IMG/VR virus record: IMGVR_UViG_3300037068_000078
Location: 1 to 64,000 of that record
Direction: 5' to 3' (one strand)
Source: a virus
Length of the DNA stretch: 64,000 bases
Made by a program: the position numbers and the translations under genes. Positions within the stretch are counted from its first letter, which is position 1; every line of letters begins with the position of its first letter. The notes beneath the pieces are model-generated. The model did not search any database. It saw nothing but the letters and a program-made list of their open reading frames with translations, and had not been told where the DNA came from. Below, piece after piece: positions 8,848-18,680 of this stretch.

Positions 8848-9954
8848 ATGGTTGGTACTGTCACTGTTCCGGTTGGTGGGAACCTCATCTACGACACCAA
8901 TACGCTCATCGCGGTGGTCCCGAACTTGAAGCGGGCTACCTCGTTCCTTCTGGACAAGTTCTTTCCGAACGTGCACACGGCGGACTCGGAATTTGTCTCG
9001 ATCGACGTTGACATCGGCAAGCGGCGCATGTCGCCGTTTGTTTCGCCGCTCGTTGAAGGCAAGCTCGTCGAGCAGCGGCGCATTCAGACGAACGTGTTCA
9101 AGCCCGCGTACATCAAGGACAAGCGAGCGCCGGATCTTCGCAAGCCGGTGCGCCGCATGATCGGCGAGCGACTGGGCGGAGACATGACTGGTGCCGAGCG
9201 CGAGATGGCAAATCTCGAGTTCGAAATGTCCGATCAGGTGGACATGCTCACCCGTCGTCTCGAGTGGATGGCCGCGCAGGTGCTCGTCAAGGGCACTGTG
9301 ACCATCAGCGGCGAGGGCTTCCCCACCGTGGTCGTTGACTTCGGTCGCGACTCCACGCTCACCGTTGCCAAGACTGGCACGGCGAAGTGGACACCGGCGA
9401 ACGTTGCAGCTGGCAATGCGCTCCCGGTGATGGACATCGAGGCTTGGCAGCGCCAGATTCTCAAGAAGTCCGGCGCGCAGGTGACGGACATCGTGTTCAC
9501 CACCACTGCATGGGAGGGCTTCATCGCCGACCCGTTGCTGCGCGGCGCGATCTACTATCCGAAGCTCGGTGAAGGTGGCAACGCCATCAACATCGGCGCG
9601 CAGATCACGCGCGGTGCCGTGTACAAAGGCAAGTGGGGCCAGTACGACCTCTGGATCTACAACGAGTGGTTCGTTGAGTCCGGCACGGATGGACAGACGA
9701 ATGTCGATCAGGAATACCCGATGATGCCAGATGGCTCGATCATCCTGGCGGGCGCGGACCTGATGGGCATGCGCGCGTTCGGCCAGATCCTGGACCCCGC
9801 GCACAACTACGCGGGTCTCCCCTTCGCGCCCAAGACTTGGGTCAGCGAAGATCCCGCTCAGCGCTACCTGCTCATGCAGTCGTCGCCGATCGTGATCCCG
9901 TCGCGGGTCAACGGCTCGTTCGCAGCGCAGGTCTGCGATCCGGTGCTCGGCTAA
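8848..9954 (+). CDS. Major capsid protein, lambda E family
   Basis: FLLDKFFP, MSPFVSP, FKPAYIK, RRLEWMAAQVL, LLMQSSP motifs. Confidence 0.95.
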   Translation: MVGTVTVPVGGNLIYDTNTLIAVVPNLKRATSFLLDKFFPNVHTADSEFVSIDVDIGKRRMSPFVSPLVEGKLVEQRRIQTNVFKPAYIKDKRAPDLRKPVRRMIGERLGGDMTGAEREMANLEFEMSDQVDMLTRRLEWMAAQVLVKGTVTISGEGFPTVVVDFGRDSTLTVAKTGTAKWTPANVAAGNALPVMDIEAWQRQILKKSGAQVTDIVFTTTAWEGFIADPLLRGAIYYPKLGEGGNAINIGAQITRGAVYKGKWGQYDLWIYNEWFVESGTDGQTNVDQEYPMMPDGSIILAGADLMGMRAFGQILDPAHNYAGLPFAPKTWVSEDPAQRYLLMQSSPIVIPSRVNGSFAAQVCDPVLG

Positions 9955-10000
9955 GTAGCCGGGCACTACACCTTTTAACTCTCAGCAACAGGAGGCCTAA

Positions 10001-10291
10001 ATGGCAGAGGAAAAAGAGAGCAAGAAAATGGGCCGCGCGCTGGTGGCGCGCGGTCGCACGGTCGAGGCAGCAGTGCCCGGCTCCAAGCGGGTGGTCGGTT
10101 ACGATCCCGACACTAAGCAGGCGCTTCACGGCCCCGTGATGAAGCAATACGGCGAGCACCAGGAGGTTACGCTGCCTCTCGATGAGATCCGCACGCTGCA
10201 GGACAGCGGGTTCCTCATTGACCCCAACAAGGGTCAAGAACCGAGGAACGCGTTGGCCGAGGGCTCTCACATGCAAGAGTTCTCTAACTGA
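10001..10291 (+). CDS. Small head-associated protein
   Basis: SD AGGAGG. Directly follows the major capsid gene. Confidence 0.65.
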   Translation: MAEEKESKKMGRALVARGRTVEAAVPGSKRVVGYDPDTKQALHGPVMKQYGEHQEVTLPLDEIRTLQDSGFLIDPNKGQEPRNALAEGSHMQEFSN

Positions 10292-10704
10292 TGTTCCCCG
10301 AGTGGGTCCTGCTCATACTGAAAGAGAACGGAGTCGCGGGGGCGATCGTCTTCGTTCTCTGCAGTGTGGTAGTGGCCCTCGCTTACGTTGTTCGCTCGAT
10401 GTACAATCAAGCGAACAAGGTCTACGGCTATCGCCTCACCGAGCGCGACACGCTCACCAAGGCGCTGAACGATGCCACAGCTGCGATCAACGCCATGAAG
10501 GTGTCAGCTGACGAGCGCAACGAAGTTACTGACGAGATGGCTATTTCCCTCAAGCTACTCGTGCAGCGAATAGAGTCCAACCACCTAGCGCTCAAGGATG
10601 AGATGATCCGCACGGGCGCTTCGGTCACTACTGCGGCAACAGTGTATGCGAAGACGGTCGACGACATTCGTGCCACTATCCTCGCGATTGGACACCGCAA
10701 GTGA
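10291..10704 (+). CDS. TM plus coiled-coil protein (holin-like topology)
   Basis: N-terminal TM helix and helical C-terminus; TGATG coupling. Confidence 0.6.
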   Translation: MFPEWVLLILKENGVAGAIVFVLCSVVVALAYVVRSMYNQANKVYGYRLTERDTLTKALNDATAAINAMKVSADERNEVTDEMAISLKLLVQRIESNHLALKDEMIRTGASVTTAATVYAKTVDDIRATILAIGHRK

Positions 10705-10982
10705 GCATCATAAGGTCTTTGTTGGGGGCGCTGCACATCTACCCCAGCGTATCGAGAGCAGAGTACGAAGAGGCGCTCGATGAGAATGTGCAGTACGACT
10801 TGGAAAGTCACTCTCGCGCAGTCGAGGGGCTCAAAGAGGCCACGGCACAGAATCGCGTGACCAATCGGAACCTCCGATCAACAGTCGCAGGGATCAAGCG
10901 CAGTGCGTTCATCGATCTCGAAGACATGATCAACCGCGACGTGGGCAAAAGGGCAAATGGAAATCATCAGCTTCCTCGCTAG
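10701..10982 (+). CDS. Hypothetical protein
   Basis: GTGA coupling; helical. Confidence 0.6.
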   Translation: MSIIRSLLGALHIYPSVSRAEYEEALDENVQYDLESHSRAVEGLKEATAQNRVTNRNLRSTVAGIKRSAFIDLEDMINRDVGKRANGNHQLPR

Positions 10983-11379
10983 AGAGTGCCTGAACGGGAT
11001 CATCTTCCCGCTGGGGATGTGCTTCCTGTACTGGACATTCTGGCATCTAACGCAGGCACGCCTATCGTACGGTCCCGCCAAGTGGTTACGCGCCCCCGGT
11101 GTGGCAATGGCGTGCGTACTGGCCTGGATCTTCTTTGCGGATACTCTTGAGTCCGGGTCGATGTTCATCTTTCTGCGCGCGTTCAACGCGCACCAGACGG
11201 TGTCGATGCTGAAGTTCAACTTGGTCCTCATCGTATCCGGCTGCGCAATGGTGTTCGGCATGCTGCGCGGCATCTATCTCTTCTCGCGCAGGGAGATGGG
11301 ACACAAGGGCTGGATCTTCAGCGCGTTGTTCGCCGTCGCATTCGTAGCTGCTAGCCAGTGGTGGTCTCATGCCTATTGA
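10957..11379 (+). CDS. 4-TM membrane protein
   Basis: Four hydrophobic segments. Confidence 0.65.
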   Translation: MEIISFLARECLNGIIFPLGMCFLYWTFWHLTQARLSYGPAKWLRAPGVAMACVLAWIFFADTLESGSMFIFLRAFNAHQTVSMLKFNLVLIVSGCAMVFGMLRGIYLFSRREMGHKGWIFSALFAVAFVAASQWWSHAY

Positions 11380-11749
11380 CTTCTCTGCGCTCGTGCTCGG
11401 CCCGTGCATGAACACGTTCGCGAAAGGCGTGAGTGTTACGCCGATCGCGTCCAATCCGATGGGTGCACCGTACACCGCACGCGGCATCTGGATTGTCGAG
11501 AACGTCACGGTCATGGCGGACTACGAGGCACCTGTCTCGTCGCGCAACATAAAGTTCGGCATCAAGCTGGATGACTTCCCGTTCCCGCCCGCGCAGGGGG
11601 ACTACGTGACGGTCGCGGTCAAGGATCTGCCCATGGGGTACAAGGCGGACAACCTGGACCCCAGTGCCAGCGTAGACTTCGTCATCGACAACGACCAGCC
11701 CGACGGGCAGGGCGGCAGCACGCTGTTCCTCAAAAGAAAGCCACAGTGA
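11369..11749 (+). CDS. Head-tail joining protein (FII-like)
   Basis: Position; ARGIW, PAQGD, DGQGGSTLFL pattern. Confidence 0.7.
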   Translation: MPIDFSALVLGPCMNTFAKGVSVTPIASNPMGAPYTARGIWIVENVTVMADYEAPVSSRNIKFGIKLDDFPFPPAQGDYVTVAVKDLPMGYKADNLDPSASVDFVIDNDQPDGQGGSTLFLKRKPQ

Positions 11750-12315
11750 GCACTATCGCCACGTACATACGCGATCAGGCGTACAAGCGGCTGACCGTTG
11801 GCCCCATCGCGGGCAACTGGGAGAAGACGCGCAAGCTGCCTATCCCCACGCTCAGCGACCAGGATCTGCCCTGCCTCAGCGTGTTCATGATCCGCGAGAA
11901 CATGGAGGCCGATGGGGATGAAACCGTTGGGCCGCCGCGCTTCGTGTGCAACATGGTACTCGGCATCTCCATCTTCGACAGCGCGCTGAAGCCGGACGTG
12001 CTCGACGGCAAGCTTGATACGCTGGTGGATCTCATCGAGGACACGCTGCTGCAGGATATCACGTTCGTCTCCATGAAATGGACGGATGGTCAGCAGTTGC
12101 TCGAAGGGTTCCCCAGCATACAGCGGACGAACCACTACCCGCAAAACGGCGAGTCGTATCTCATGGAGGCACGCATCGCCATGACTATCAAGTACCGCGT
12201 GTTCTTCGAGCCCATCGCACCGAATGCCTTCACAGAGGTGGACGTGCACGCGGCACCGTTCGACGGAACCATAGACTCCGGCGAGTTCACTACTTCGATT
12301 GACCTGCCACAATAA
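11746..12315 (+). CDS. Neck/tail terminator protein
   Basis: Position before the sheath; DLPCLSVF and LDTLVDLIE pattern. Confidence 0.65.
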   Translation: MSTIATYIRDQAYKRLTVGPIAGNWEKTRKLPIPTLSDQDLPCLSVFMIRENMEADGDETVGPPRFVCNMVLGISIFDSALKPDVLDGKLDTLVDLIEDTLLQDITFVSMKWTDGQQLLEGFPSIQRTNHYPQNGESYLMEARIAMTIKYRVFFEPIAPNAFTEVDVHAAPFDGTIDSGEFTTSIDLPQ

Positions 12316-12332
12316 TCATAAGGAGCCCGCAC

Positions 12333-12620
12333 GTGCCCATCATCACAGTGTACCCTACGCATGAGAACGCGCACGTTCTCGCCCATCCGCAGAGCGGCAA
12401 GATCAGTGACGAGGGCTCCAAGTGGGAGCACGACCCGTTCACGCAGCGGCTCATCGACACGAACGAGATCTCTACGGATCCCGCACGCGCGCACAAGTTC
12501 AGCGCCAACAAGAAAACCGATCACGGCAAGCCCCCCGCCCGCGCGACCACTGCAGGTCAAACGGGGGCGGCGGCAGCTGCGATGGTTGCTGACTCGCCCT
12601 CTTCCACGGATCAGAGCTAA
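12333..12620 (+). CDS. Mu gp38/DUF2635-like small tail protein
   Basis: HP..G.I..EG..W..D.FT.RLI pattern directly before the sheath. Confidence 0.6.
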   Translation: MPIITVYPTHENAHVLAHPQSGKISDEGSKWEHDPFTQRLIDTNEISTDPARAHKFSANKKTDHGKPPARATTAGQTGAAAAAMVADSPSSTDQS

Positions 12621-12633
12621 GGAGCCACGCTAG

Positions 12634-14400
12634 ATGACTATCAGCACGCAAATCCCCGAGAGTTGGAACCTTCCGCTCTTTTGGGCCACGGTCGACGGAA
12701 GTCAGGCCGGAAACACTTCGAGCGCACAGCGCGCTCTCCTCGTAGGCCAGATGTTCACGTCCGGTGGTTTCTCGGGGACCGCCGCGCTGAACGTTGCCAT
12801 CCCGGTGGGGTCCGCTGCGCAGGCGGCCAACTTCTTCGGGCTCGGCTCCATGCTTCATCGCATGTGCGTGGCGTTCTTCGCCAGTAACACGTCGCAGCAG
12901 TTGTGGTGCCTGCCCATCGCGGACCCTGCAGGGCAGGCGGCCACGGGCACGCTCGTGTTCAGTGTCAGCAACCTGCAGTCCGGTGTTCTCTCGCTCTACA
13001 TCGCGGGCCAGAACATGCAGATCACGGTGAACTCGACGGACACGGCGACCATCGTGGCGACAAACGTGGCTGCGGCCATCAACGCGCTTGACCCGCTGCC
13101 CATCACCGCCACTGCTGCGGCTGGTGTCGTCACCATGACTTGCCAGTGGGTTGGGCTCACCGGCAACGACATCATCGTCATGCCGAACTACTACGGCCCG
13201 CAGTCCGGCGAGGTGATGCCAGCTGGCTTGACCATGCTGATGTCGCAGATCACCATCCCGGCCTCGGCAGCCACCACGACCGCGTCGCCGACGCTGACGT
13301 TCACTGCAGGTGCAGACATCAACGTTGTGGCAGGTATGACCGCGTATGACCTGACGGTCGGAACACCGAGCGCGACGTCGATCCTGGGCACGGTGCTCTC
13401 GGTCGCCAACACCACGGTGACGCTGAATGCGAACGCCGCACATGCGGTTACGCTGAGCGACAACATTGGCTTCTTCTCCACTGCGTGGGGGCAGCTGCAG
13501 GGTGGAACGGGCAACCCCGGCTTCTCGTCGGCGATCGCCAACATCCAGCTTCTGCAGTTCCTCTACGTGGGCCTGCCGTACAACGACGCGGCGTCACTCT
13601 CCGCGTGGGCGGCGGAGTACGGCTTCGGCACGGGGGGCCGCTGGAACTTCCAGCGCCAGCAATATGGCATGGTGCTCAACTGCAGGCGGGATACGTACTC
13701 GAACCTGCTCACCTGGGGCATCACGCAGAACGCGCCCGTCATCTCGACGCTCGGCATCGAGCCCAAGGTCCCGACGCCGCTCTGGGAGGTCACGGCGTGC
13801 TATGCCGCTGACGCTGCCCTCGGCTTCACTGACGACCCTGCTCGTCCACTACAGACCCTTGAGCTCCTGGGCGTGTTGCCCGCGCTTCAGCAGGATCGCT
13901 TCCTGCAGACGCAGCGCAACAATCTCGCCAATAGCGGCCTTGCCGTGCAGGGCGTCAACTCAGCTGGCAACATGGAGATCCTCGTCGAGGAGTCGCAGTA
14001 CCAGTTCAACGCGTTCGGTCAGGCGGATACCGCGTTCGGCAAGCTCACCGTCCTGGCGACGCTGGCCGAGTTGCTCACGCGCATGAAGTCGGCGATCACG
14101 TCGAAGTACCCGCGCTCCAAGCTGGTGCCTGATGGCACCCGCATCGGTCCAGGCCAAGCGGCCGTCACGCCGACGGACATCAAGGCTGAGATCGTGTCGG
14201 AGTACCGTGCTGCAGAGTTCGACGGGCTAGTTGCCAGCACCACGGACTTCATCGCGAACCTGATCGTTCAGATCGACCCGAACAGCCCCAACAAGGTTCA
14301 GGTTCTCTGGCCGCCGCGTCTCGCTGGTCAGCTGCGTCAATTCGACGTGCTGGCACAGTTCCGTCTCATGTACCCCGACGACACGCAAGTCGCGTCGTAA
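12634..14400 (+). CDS. Tail sheath protein (Mu gpL-like)
   Basis: ALLVGQM, FGLGSML, DPARPLQTL, KYPRSKL, VTPTDIKAEI, LAGQLR motifs. Confidence 0.95.
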   Translation: MTISTQIPESWNLPLFWATVDGSQAGNTSSAQRALLVGQMFTSGGFSGTAALNVAIPVGSAAQAANFFGLGSMLHRMCVAFFASNTSQQLWCLPIADPAGQAATGTLVFSVSNLQSGVLSLYIAGQNMQITVNSTDTATIVATNVAAAINALDPLPITATAAAGVVTMTCQWVGLTGNDIIVMPNYYGPQSGEVMPAGLTMLMSQITIPASAATTTASPTLTFTAGADINVVAGMTAYDLTVGTPSATSILGTVLSVANTTVTLNANAAHAVTLSDNIGFFSTAWGQLQGGTGNPGFSSAIANIQLLQFLYVGLPYNDAASLSAWAAEYGFGTGGRWNFQRQQYGMVLNCRRDTYSNLLTWGITQNAPVISTLGIEPKVPTPLWEVTACYAADAALGFTDDPARPLQTLELLGVLPALQQDRFLQTQRNNLANSGLAVQGVNSAGNMEILVEESQYQFNAFGQADTAFGKLTVLATLAELLTRMKSAITSKYPRSKLVPDGTRIGPGQAAVTPTDIKAEIVSEYRAAEFDGLVASTTDFIANLIVQIDPNSPNKVQVLWPPRLAGQLRQFDVLAQFRLMYPDDTQVAS

Positions 14401-14429
14401 CCCCGCCATTTTGAGAGGACGAACAAACA

Positions 14430-14795
14430 ATGGCAAGCCCGAATAGAATTGGCGGTGTCCTCAGTCTGCGTGTCGATGGCACGCAGTATGAGGCTCGCGG
14501 CAACTTCCAAGTCACACCTAGCTCTGTCAAGCGTACGGGCGTGGCTGGTCAGGACAACGTGCACGGCTTCATCGAGGAGCCGATCGTACCGTCCATCAAG
14601 GGAGACCTCTCCATCGGCAATCAGTTGTCGGTGAAGCAGCTGGAGGCACTGGACAACGTCACAGTGCAGGTGATCCTCGCCAACGGGCGCACGTACGTTC
14701 TATCGAACGCGTGGACCACGTCGGCGTTCGTCATCGACGCGCACGACGGCAAGGTCGAGGTCACGTTTGAGGGGCTCACCTGCGACGAGATGTAG
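14430..14795 (+). CDS. Tail tube protein (Mu gpM-like)
   Basis: RIGGV..LRVDG, GQD.VHGF.E, LANGRTYVL, EVTFEG. Confidence 0.9.
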   Translation: MASPNRIGGVLSLRVDGTQYEARGNFQVTPSSVKRTGVAGQDNVHGFIEEPIVPSIKGDLSIGNQLSVKQLEALDNVTVQVILANGRTYVLSNAWTTSAFVIDAHDGKVEVTFEGLTCDEM

Positions 14796-14858
14796 TTGGA
14801 ATGAGGGCTGGCAACTTGCCCTAAAAGTTGCACCACAAACAAAAATCAGAGGACTACC

Positions 14859-15221
14859 ATGACGAAGCGCGTTGCAAAGGTTGAAAAGGAAGGGCTCACC
14901 GAAGAACAGCCTGAGGCTGTGCCTGCGGATGAGCTTTTCTCATATGTGCTGCAGAAACCGATCAAGTCGTACGGCAAGGAAGTGCGTGTCATCAAGATGC
15001 GTCGACCGACCGGTCATGATTTGATGGCAGTGGGCAACCCGGTGGTTTTCTATCCATATACTACGCCAATCAAAATCGAGCACGACTTGCCCAAGGTGCT
15101 CAACATGGTGGCGCGTATCTCCGAGCCGCCCATCCCGTCAGGCTCACTGGCGGACATGGACCCCAACGACATCCTCGGCATTGCTTGGGCCATCTCGCCG
15201 TTTTTTACTCCGGCGAGGTAG
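14859..15221 (+). CDS. Tail assembly chaperone
   Basis: L.KPI...G......MRRPTG.DL...D..D pattern, between tube and tape measure. Confidence 0.85.
   Translation: MTKRVAKVEKEGLTEEQPEAVPADELFSYVLQKPIKSYGKEVRVIKMRRPTGHDLMAVGNPVVFYPYTTPIKIEHDLPKVLNMVARISEPPIPSGSLADMDPNDILGIAWAISPFFTPAR
15200..15207 (+). other. Programmed -1 frameshift slippery site (G TTT TTT A) giving an extended chaperone ending at 15376
   Basis: The T6 run (15201-15206) lies a few codons before the chaperone stop. The -1 frame is open (VFYSGEVD...MQQD) right up to the tape measure start. Confidence 0.75.
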
Positions 15222-15376
15222 ACACGCCGTTGGTCTACGAGCTCGTAGACATCGCAATCGACCTCGCCTTGACTTTCAAGTGCAGCCCCTTCGAGTTCAT
15301 GGACGTACCACCGCGCTCGCTATACATGCTCAGGCAGCGCACGAACGTCGTGATCAAGAAAATGCAGCAGGATTAA

Positions 15377-17476
15377 ATGTCTGAACAAGAGACCCTTCGC
15401 CTCGTCGCTGAAGTAGTCGACAAGTACAGCGCACCGATGAAGCAGATGATGGACCAGCTGAACAAGCTGGGCCAAGCGGCGAAGGGTGTCCACGAGGATG
15501 GCAAGAAGCGCACTAACGAGCACACCAAGGCGTTTCGTGATCTTCACGACCAGCTGAACAAGGTCAAGGATACTACCACCGACGTTCTTCGTCCCGCGTT
15601 CAATGCGCTGGGTATTACGGTTCTCTCCGTTGCAGGCAGCATCGCAGCGGTGAGCGAGGCGGTCAAGAACTTCGGCGAGTACGGGCAGAAGCTGGAGTAC
15701 GCACACCGCGCCAGCGGCCTGCTCACATCCTCCGTGCGGGGCTTGTCCGAGGCGAACGAGCGCTTCGGCATGTCAGCCGAGGACACCATACGCTCGCTGG
15801 AGCAGTTCGGCGGGCACATGAACGAGCTCGCTCGCAAGAACCCGAACTACATAAACGAGTTCAAGAAGTACCCGCGCCTGTGGAACGAGCTAGGCAGCGC
15901 GCTGATGAACGGGCATCTCACCCGTCAGCAGCAGCTGGACAAGGCGATGAACTACGTCTCTACCATCCGAGACGTCGACCAGAAGAAGCGCGTGCTGGCG
16001 CTGCTCGGCCTACCCGAGAACTGGGCTTATCTCTCCGAGAAAGAGATGGCCGAGATGCGCAAGCGGGCGGAGGACTTCAACAACCGCTTCCCGTTCAGCG
16101 CCAAGGCCGCCGAGGATGCCAAGAAGGCGTGGGACGACTTGATCACCACGTTCCACGGCCTGCGCGATGAGATGGGTGGCGAGTTCGCGCCCGGCTTCTC
16201 TAAGGGCCTGAAGGAGTTCAACGAGCTCATTAACTCCGAGTCCTTCAAGGAGTTCAAGGGCTACGTTGACGCCGTGGGCAAGTCGCTGAGCGGCTGGAAC
16301 ATCGGCTCATTCAAGTCTGACGCGCAGGATCTAAAGGCAATCATGGACGCCATCAGCGCGACCGTGCACGGCGTCGAGGGTATGTGGGCGAAGATCGCCG
16401 AGATCTGGAAGCGAGGCTTCGGCAGCGGCACGGGCACAGGTGCGCCCGGTAGCCAAAGCGACCAAAAGCAGCAGGACAACGTGAAGGAGGGCACTCGCAA
16501 GGGTCTCGAGGAGTTCTACAACACGCTCAAGCAACAAAACAACGACGGCGGCTACACTCCCATGGCGTACCATCCCCCCGGCTCATCCGGCGGCGGAGGC
16601 GGGGGGACGCCGAGGTTTGGAAGCGCGGAGTACCCGAACCTTGGTGCGGGCGCACCGGGTGGCGGCGGTGGTCTCAGCGGTGGCAGTGTTCCGAAGTCCT
16701 CGCAAGGAACAGGGAACGGTGCTCTGGGTCCCGATGCGATGTACTCAATGAACCCTGGTCCGCAGAATGATTCGGCGCTTGCCTCTGATCGTGAGAAGCG
16801 GTTTAGGGATGAGGTCACTAGAAATCCCGGGCTTCTTGACCGCATGGCGCAAATATCGCTCGGCGAGAACAAGGGCAAGAAGGCCAATCAAGAGGTCATC
16901 GAGACGATATTCAACCGCGCTTCAGCGCGCGGCACCTCGCTTGCGCAGGCAATGAAGGAATACACGGGGCGAGGTTCCGATGGTTACTATCCGGGGACCA
17001 CGTTCTCGGGCGGTGCGCGGGCGATGGGCAACGCAAAGCTTCGCGCCATGGCAGAGGAGCACATTCGCAAAGCGTGGGGCGGCAGCAACGTCAGCGGATA
17101 TGCCACGGACAATTCATCGAGTTGGTTGGCTGAGAAAGAAAAGCGGTCTGGTGCATTCACGTGGCACAACGACGACAGCGCTGAGTCGTTCTTCTCACCG
17201 GGAAAGTCTGGGGGTGGGCGAGCCTCTCGAGGCAGCTATCTCAAGTGGCTGCACGGGCTCGATGGTCAGAGGAAAGACAGCGACGCCGAGCTTCTCTCCA
17301 AGGGCATGAAGACCATGGACAACCGCGACTTCAAGGGCAACGCCAACGTGACAGTTGACTTCCGCAACATGCCGAAGGGCGTTGCCGTTGCTGGCAAGGC
17401 TGATGGCATGTTCAAGCAGGTGACGCTCAACCGTGGGCGGCAGATGTTCGACAGCGACAAGATGGGTCTCGGCTGA
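15377..17476 (+). CDS. Tape measure protein with a C-terminal putative cell-wall hydrolase (SleB-like) domain
   Basis: VVDKYSAPM start, long helical region, Gly-rich linker, then GE....NQEVIETIFNR. Confidence 0.85.
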   Translation: MSEQETLRLVAEVVDKYSAPMKQMMDQLNKLGQAAKGVHEDGKKRTNEHTKAFRDLHDQLNKVKDTTTDVLRPAFNALGITVLSVAGSIAAVSEAVKNFGEYGQKLEYAHRASGLLTSSVRGLSEANERFGMSAEDTIRSLEQFGGHMNELARKNPNYINEFKKYPRLWNELGSALMNGHLTRQQQLDKAMNYVSTIRDVDQKKRVLALLGLPENWAYLSEKEMAEMRKRAEDFNNRFPFSAKAAEDAKKAWDDLITTFHGLRDEMGGEFAPGFSKGLKEFNELINSESFKEFKGYVDAVGKSLSGWNIGSFKSDAQDLKAIMDAISATVHGVEGMWAKIAEIWKRGFGSGTGTGAPGSQSDQKQQDNVKEGTRKGLEEFYNTLKQQNNDGGYTPMAYHPPGSSGGGGGGTPRFGSAEYPNLGAGAPGGGGGLSGGSVPKSSQGTGNGALGPDAMYSMNPGPQNDSALASDREKRFRDEVTRNPGLLDRMAQISLGENKGKKANQEVIETIFNRASARGTSLAQAMKEYTGRGSDGYYPGTTFSGGARAMGNAKLRAMAEEHIRKAWGGSNVSGYATDNSSSWLAEKEKRSGAFTWHNDDSAESFFSPGKSGGGRASRGSYLKWLHGLDGQRKDSDAELLSKGMKTMDNRDFKGNANVTVDFRNMPKGVAVAGKADGMFKQVTLNRGRQMFDSDKMGLG

Positions 17477-17997
17477 TGGTGCTCTCATTCTGGCGGCTCA
17501 ACCTGCAGCCCGCCTCCTTCAATGGTGCAGTCTTTCACATCGCGGTCAGCTCTCGTCAAGGAGGCAGGCGGCAGGTGGAACATGAGTTTCCCAAGAAGGA
17601 GGATCCCTTCGCGGAGGACATGGGCCGCAGGGCGCGTGGCTTCAACATCCTGGGGTACGTCATCGGTGCAGACTTCGAGCAACAGCGCGATGCGCTGATC
17701 GAGCAACTGGAGCTCGAGGGCAATGGTACGCTCGTGTTACCCACTTACTCCGAGGACCAGATCGTGGTCTGCGACGTGTACAGCGTAGTGGAGCGGCGCG
17801 AGCACGGTGGGTACGCGGAGATAGAGATGCGCTTCCTCGAGGCTGGGCAGGATCCATCCACGGTGGCCTCAGTGGACACGCAGGGGGCGGCGAACGCAGC
17901 TGCAGACCAAGCGGGCGGGCTTGCCTCGTCCTCGCTGCAGGGCAATGACTTCAACGGCGCATTCATGAACTCATCGGACATTACACAACTCACATGA
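17476..17997 (+). CDS. DNA circularization protein, N-terminal domain (Mu gpN-like)
   Basis: LQPASFNG, GRR...HEFP....FAEDMGR, GTLVLP, F.EAG. Confidence 0.9.
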   Translation: MVLSFWRLNLQPASFNGAVFHIAVSSRQGGRRQVEHEFPKKEDPFAEDMGRRARGFNILGYVIGADFEQQRDALIEQLELEGNGTLVLPTYSEDQIVVCDVYSVVERREHGGYAEIEMRFLEAGQDPSTVASVDTQGAANAAADQAGGLASSSLQGNDFNGAFMNSSDITQLT

Positions 17998-18680
17998 ACA
18001 GCTTAGACGCAAACGAGGCGATGCAGGTATTGAACGGCACGGTATTCCCGTCGCTGCTCTCCTTGGTCTCGGGCTCGACACTTGCCAGCGCGCAACTGAT
18101 CAGCTTGATCGGCATCCTCGCGGTCAATGGCCCGAACGAGTTGCAGGCCGTGCCAGATGGCGACAAGACATTCTGGCAGGACATCACCGTAATCTTCGAT
18201 CAGGCGCAGGTCATGGGGGCTACGTTCCAGCAGCTGGAGAACGTGCGCACGACCATCGACGCGCTGACGCTCGTCGGTCTACCGGCCATCGCCGTGCGGA
18301 ACTACTGCGTGCGCATGTGTCTCGTGGAGCAGGTGCGCATACTCGCTGACACTGTCTTCACGAGTAGGCAGCAGATAGACGCCTACTTCGACGCTATCAA
18401 CACCTCGTTTGGTGACGCCGAGGAGGTCGCGGCGAATAACAAGGATAACGTTGCGTATATCGCTCTGCTCAAGTTGCATGGAGCAGCATCCAATGATCTT
18501 GCCACGCGCTCGCGCCCGTTACCGCTCATGACTACGTACAGTTACCCCAACGCGCGGCCCGCGCTGTGGATCGCGCAGAACCTGTACCAGGACCCCTCGC
18601 GATACAATGAGCTCATCTCGGAAAACAACCCGATCCGCCCGCTGTTCATGCCGACTAGCGGCAAGGCGTTGGCCTCGTAA
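17994..18680 (+). CDS. Mu gpN C-terminal-like protein
   Basis: PALWIAQNLYQDPSRYNELI.EN..I.PLFMP C-terminus. Confidence 0.75.
   Translation: MNSLDANEAMQVLNGTVFPSLLSLVSGSTLASAQLISLIGILAVNGPNELQAVPDGDKTFWQDITVIFDQAQVMGATFQQLENVRTTIDALTLVGLPAIAVRNYCVRMCLVEQVRILADTVFTSRQQIDAYFDAINTSFGDAEEVAANNKDNVAYIALLKLHGAASNDLATRSRPLPLMTTYSYPNARPALWIAQNLYQDPSRYNELISENNPIRPLFMPTSGKALAS

Noticed and set aside
8815-9966. Long antisense ORFs (383 aa here; also 2026-2946, 4466-5338, 18875-19786, 27250-29391, 51476-52384)
   Set aside because: They are shadows of strongly biased GC-rich sense genes, with no motifs or RBS and no distortion of sense-strand codon usage.
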